This document shows, piece by piece, positions 20,345 to 22,010 of a stretch of DNA of 22,010 nucleotides. Source of the DNA: Octopus sinensis (Eukaryota); assembly GCF_006345805.1 (NCBI RefSeq), contig NW_021837022.1, positions 1 to 22,010 on the forward strand. Direction: 5' to 3'. How positions within the stretch are numbered: the stretch's first letter is position 1; each line of letters starts with the position of its first letter. A program made the translations under genes and the position numbers. Under the pieces are notes generated by a model, which saw nothing but the letters and a program-made list of their open reading frames with translations, made no database searches and was not told the origin of the DNA.

Positions 20345-21052
20345 GAGTCGAACTAATTGACCTCAGTACTTAATTTTTTAAGCCTTGTACTTATTTTATT
20401 GGAGTATATTGGTGAACCGCTAAGTTACCGGAACGTAAACACACCAACACAGGTCATCAAGCAGTGGGACAAACACTGACACAAAGACACACACACTGAT
20501 ACATACAGACAGACATATATAGACATAGAAGTTGCCGTAGAGTATGAAACACATGGTTCCGTGTTCAGTCCCGTTGCGAGACATTTTGGCTGAGTGTCTT
20601 CTACTATAGCCAAGGGCCGACCATAGTCTTGTGAGTGGATTTCATAGATGGAAACTCAAATAAGCCCGTCGTATGTTTGTGTGTGTATTTGTGTGTCTAT
20701 ATTTGTCCCTCCACCATCATTTGACAACCGATGTTGGTGTGTGCTTACGTCCCTGTAACATAGCGGTTCTGGAAAAGAAACTGATAGAATAAGTACTAGG
20801 ATTACAAAGGTTAAGTCCTAGGGTCGATTTGTTCGACTAAAGGCGGAGCTCCAACATGGCCGCAGTCAAATGACTGAAACAAGTAAAAGAATAGTCACGA
20901 CGGGCTTCTTTCCGTTTCCATCTACCAATCCACTCCTGAGCATTTTGAGAGTCCAATGGCTACGGTAGAAGACACGTGCGCAGTGTGCCACGCAGTGGAA
21001 CTGAACCCGAACCAGGTCTGGAAGCAAGCGTCTTACCACACAGCCGCGCCTA
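20345..21052. mobile_element. Nested antiparallel S2 SINEs, copy 2 (- 20345-20527, + 20528-20893, - 20894-21052)
   Basis: Paralog of 8752-9465. Confidence 0.82.
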
Positions 21053-21197
21053 AACATGCCCCCCTACACAGATTCATCCAAGGAACACGCATAAAGATGA
21101 AACACTCTCTAAGCCGTTCACTTATAATTTGTTAAAACCATTAACATTGTGTCCATTAGTGAGTGATGCTGTGTTTAGTTTATTTCTCCTACACATT

Positions 21198-22010
21198 GAT
21201 TCCAAATTTTGGCACAACACCAGCAATTTCAGGGGAGGAGTAAGTTGATTACATCGACCCCAGTATATAACTGATATTCATTTCATCGACCCCGAAAGGA
21301 TAAAAGGCAAAGACAACCTCGGCGGAATATTTCTACTTAATATTTAATATTATTACGTTCATGCATTTTTGAAATTGGGTGTTAAAACAGAAATCTTCTA
21401 TTTGGAGATGGTCGTCTGTAGCCAATGAAACACGCGCAATATATATTTGATATTCACTTTATTGTTGTTGTTGTTGGTACGCCGGGCGAAACGTTTAGAA
21501 GTAGTTCGTCTGCGGTTACGTTCTGAGTTCAAATTCCACCGAGTCCAAATTCCACCGAGGTCGATATTGCCTTTCATCATTTTTGTAGTCGATTAATAAG
21601 TACCAGTTACGCACTGGAGGCGATATAATCGACTTAATCAGCGTGTCTGCCTCTTTGTCCTCTCTGTGTTTAGCCCCTTGTGGGTAGTAAAGAGATAAGT
21701 ATTTCGTCTCTCACTACATTCTTTGTTCAAATTCCGCTTAGATCGACTTTGCCCATCATCCATTCGGGAACGATAAATTAAGTACCAGTTACACACTGGG
21801 ATCGATGTAATGGACTTGTCCTTGTGCTTCCAGTAGACAGGATAAAAATAATAATAATGATTATTATTATTATTATTATTATTATTATTTGAGGTTTAGC
21901 TGGCAGAATCGTTAGCACGCCGGGCAAATGCTTGGAGAATTTCATCCATCATTAGTTTCTAAGTTCAAATCCCCCGAGGTCAACTTCACATTTCAACATT
22001 TCGAGGTCTA
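21198..22010. mobile_element. S1 SINE cluster, copy 2 (- 21198-21327; + 21477-21697; + 21698-21830; + 21891 to window end)
   Basis: Paralog of 9611-10449. Confidence 0.78.

Overview
AT-rich, microsatellite-dense eukaryotic genomic DNA. The SINE families look like those of Octopus, so the source is probably a coleoid cephalopod (recognised from memory, not searched). No intact protein-coding gene, RNA gene or CRISPR array is supported, and most ORFs in the track are microsatellite or SINE artefacts. The window is two head-to-tail copies of a ~12.3-kb segment (9-10449 matches 12295-22010; the offset shrinks from 12,286 to 11,561 bp because of deletions in copy 2). Each copy holds: (i) several frameshifted minus-strand remnants whose hand translations carry motifs of glycosyltransferase family 92 (GT92, GALT-1-like); (ii) traces of an older ~2.7-kb repeat unit (flank Y - gene - flank X), including one slot from which the gene was cleanly deleted; (iii) a scrambled two-piece R4/Dong-like non-LTR retrotransposon; (iv) many tRNA-derived SINEs, one set nested antiparallel. 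Copy-to-copy comparison shows microhomology-flanked deletions and patches resembling gene conversion. The best overall reading is a decayed, hierarchically duplicated GT92 gene array. All alignments and translations were done by eye, so boundaries are approximate.
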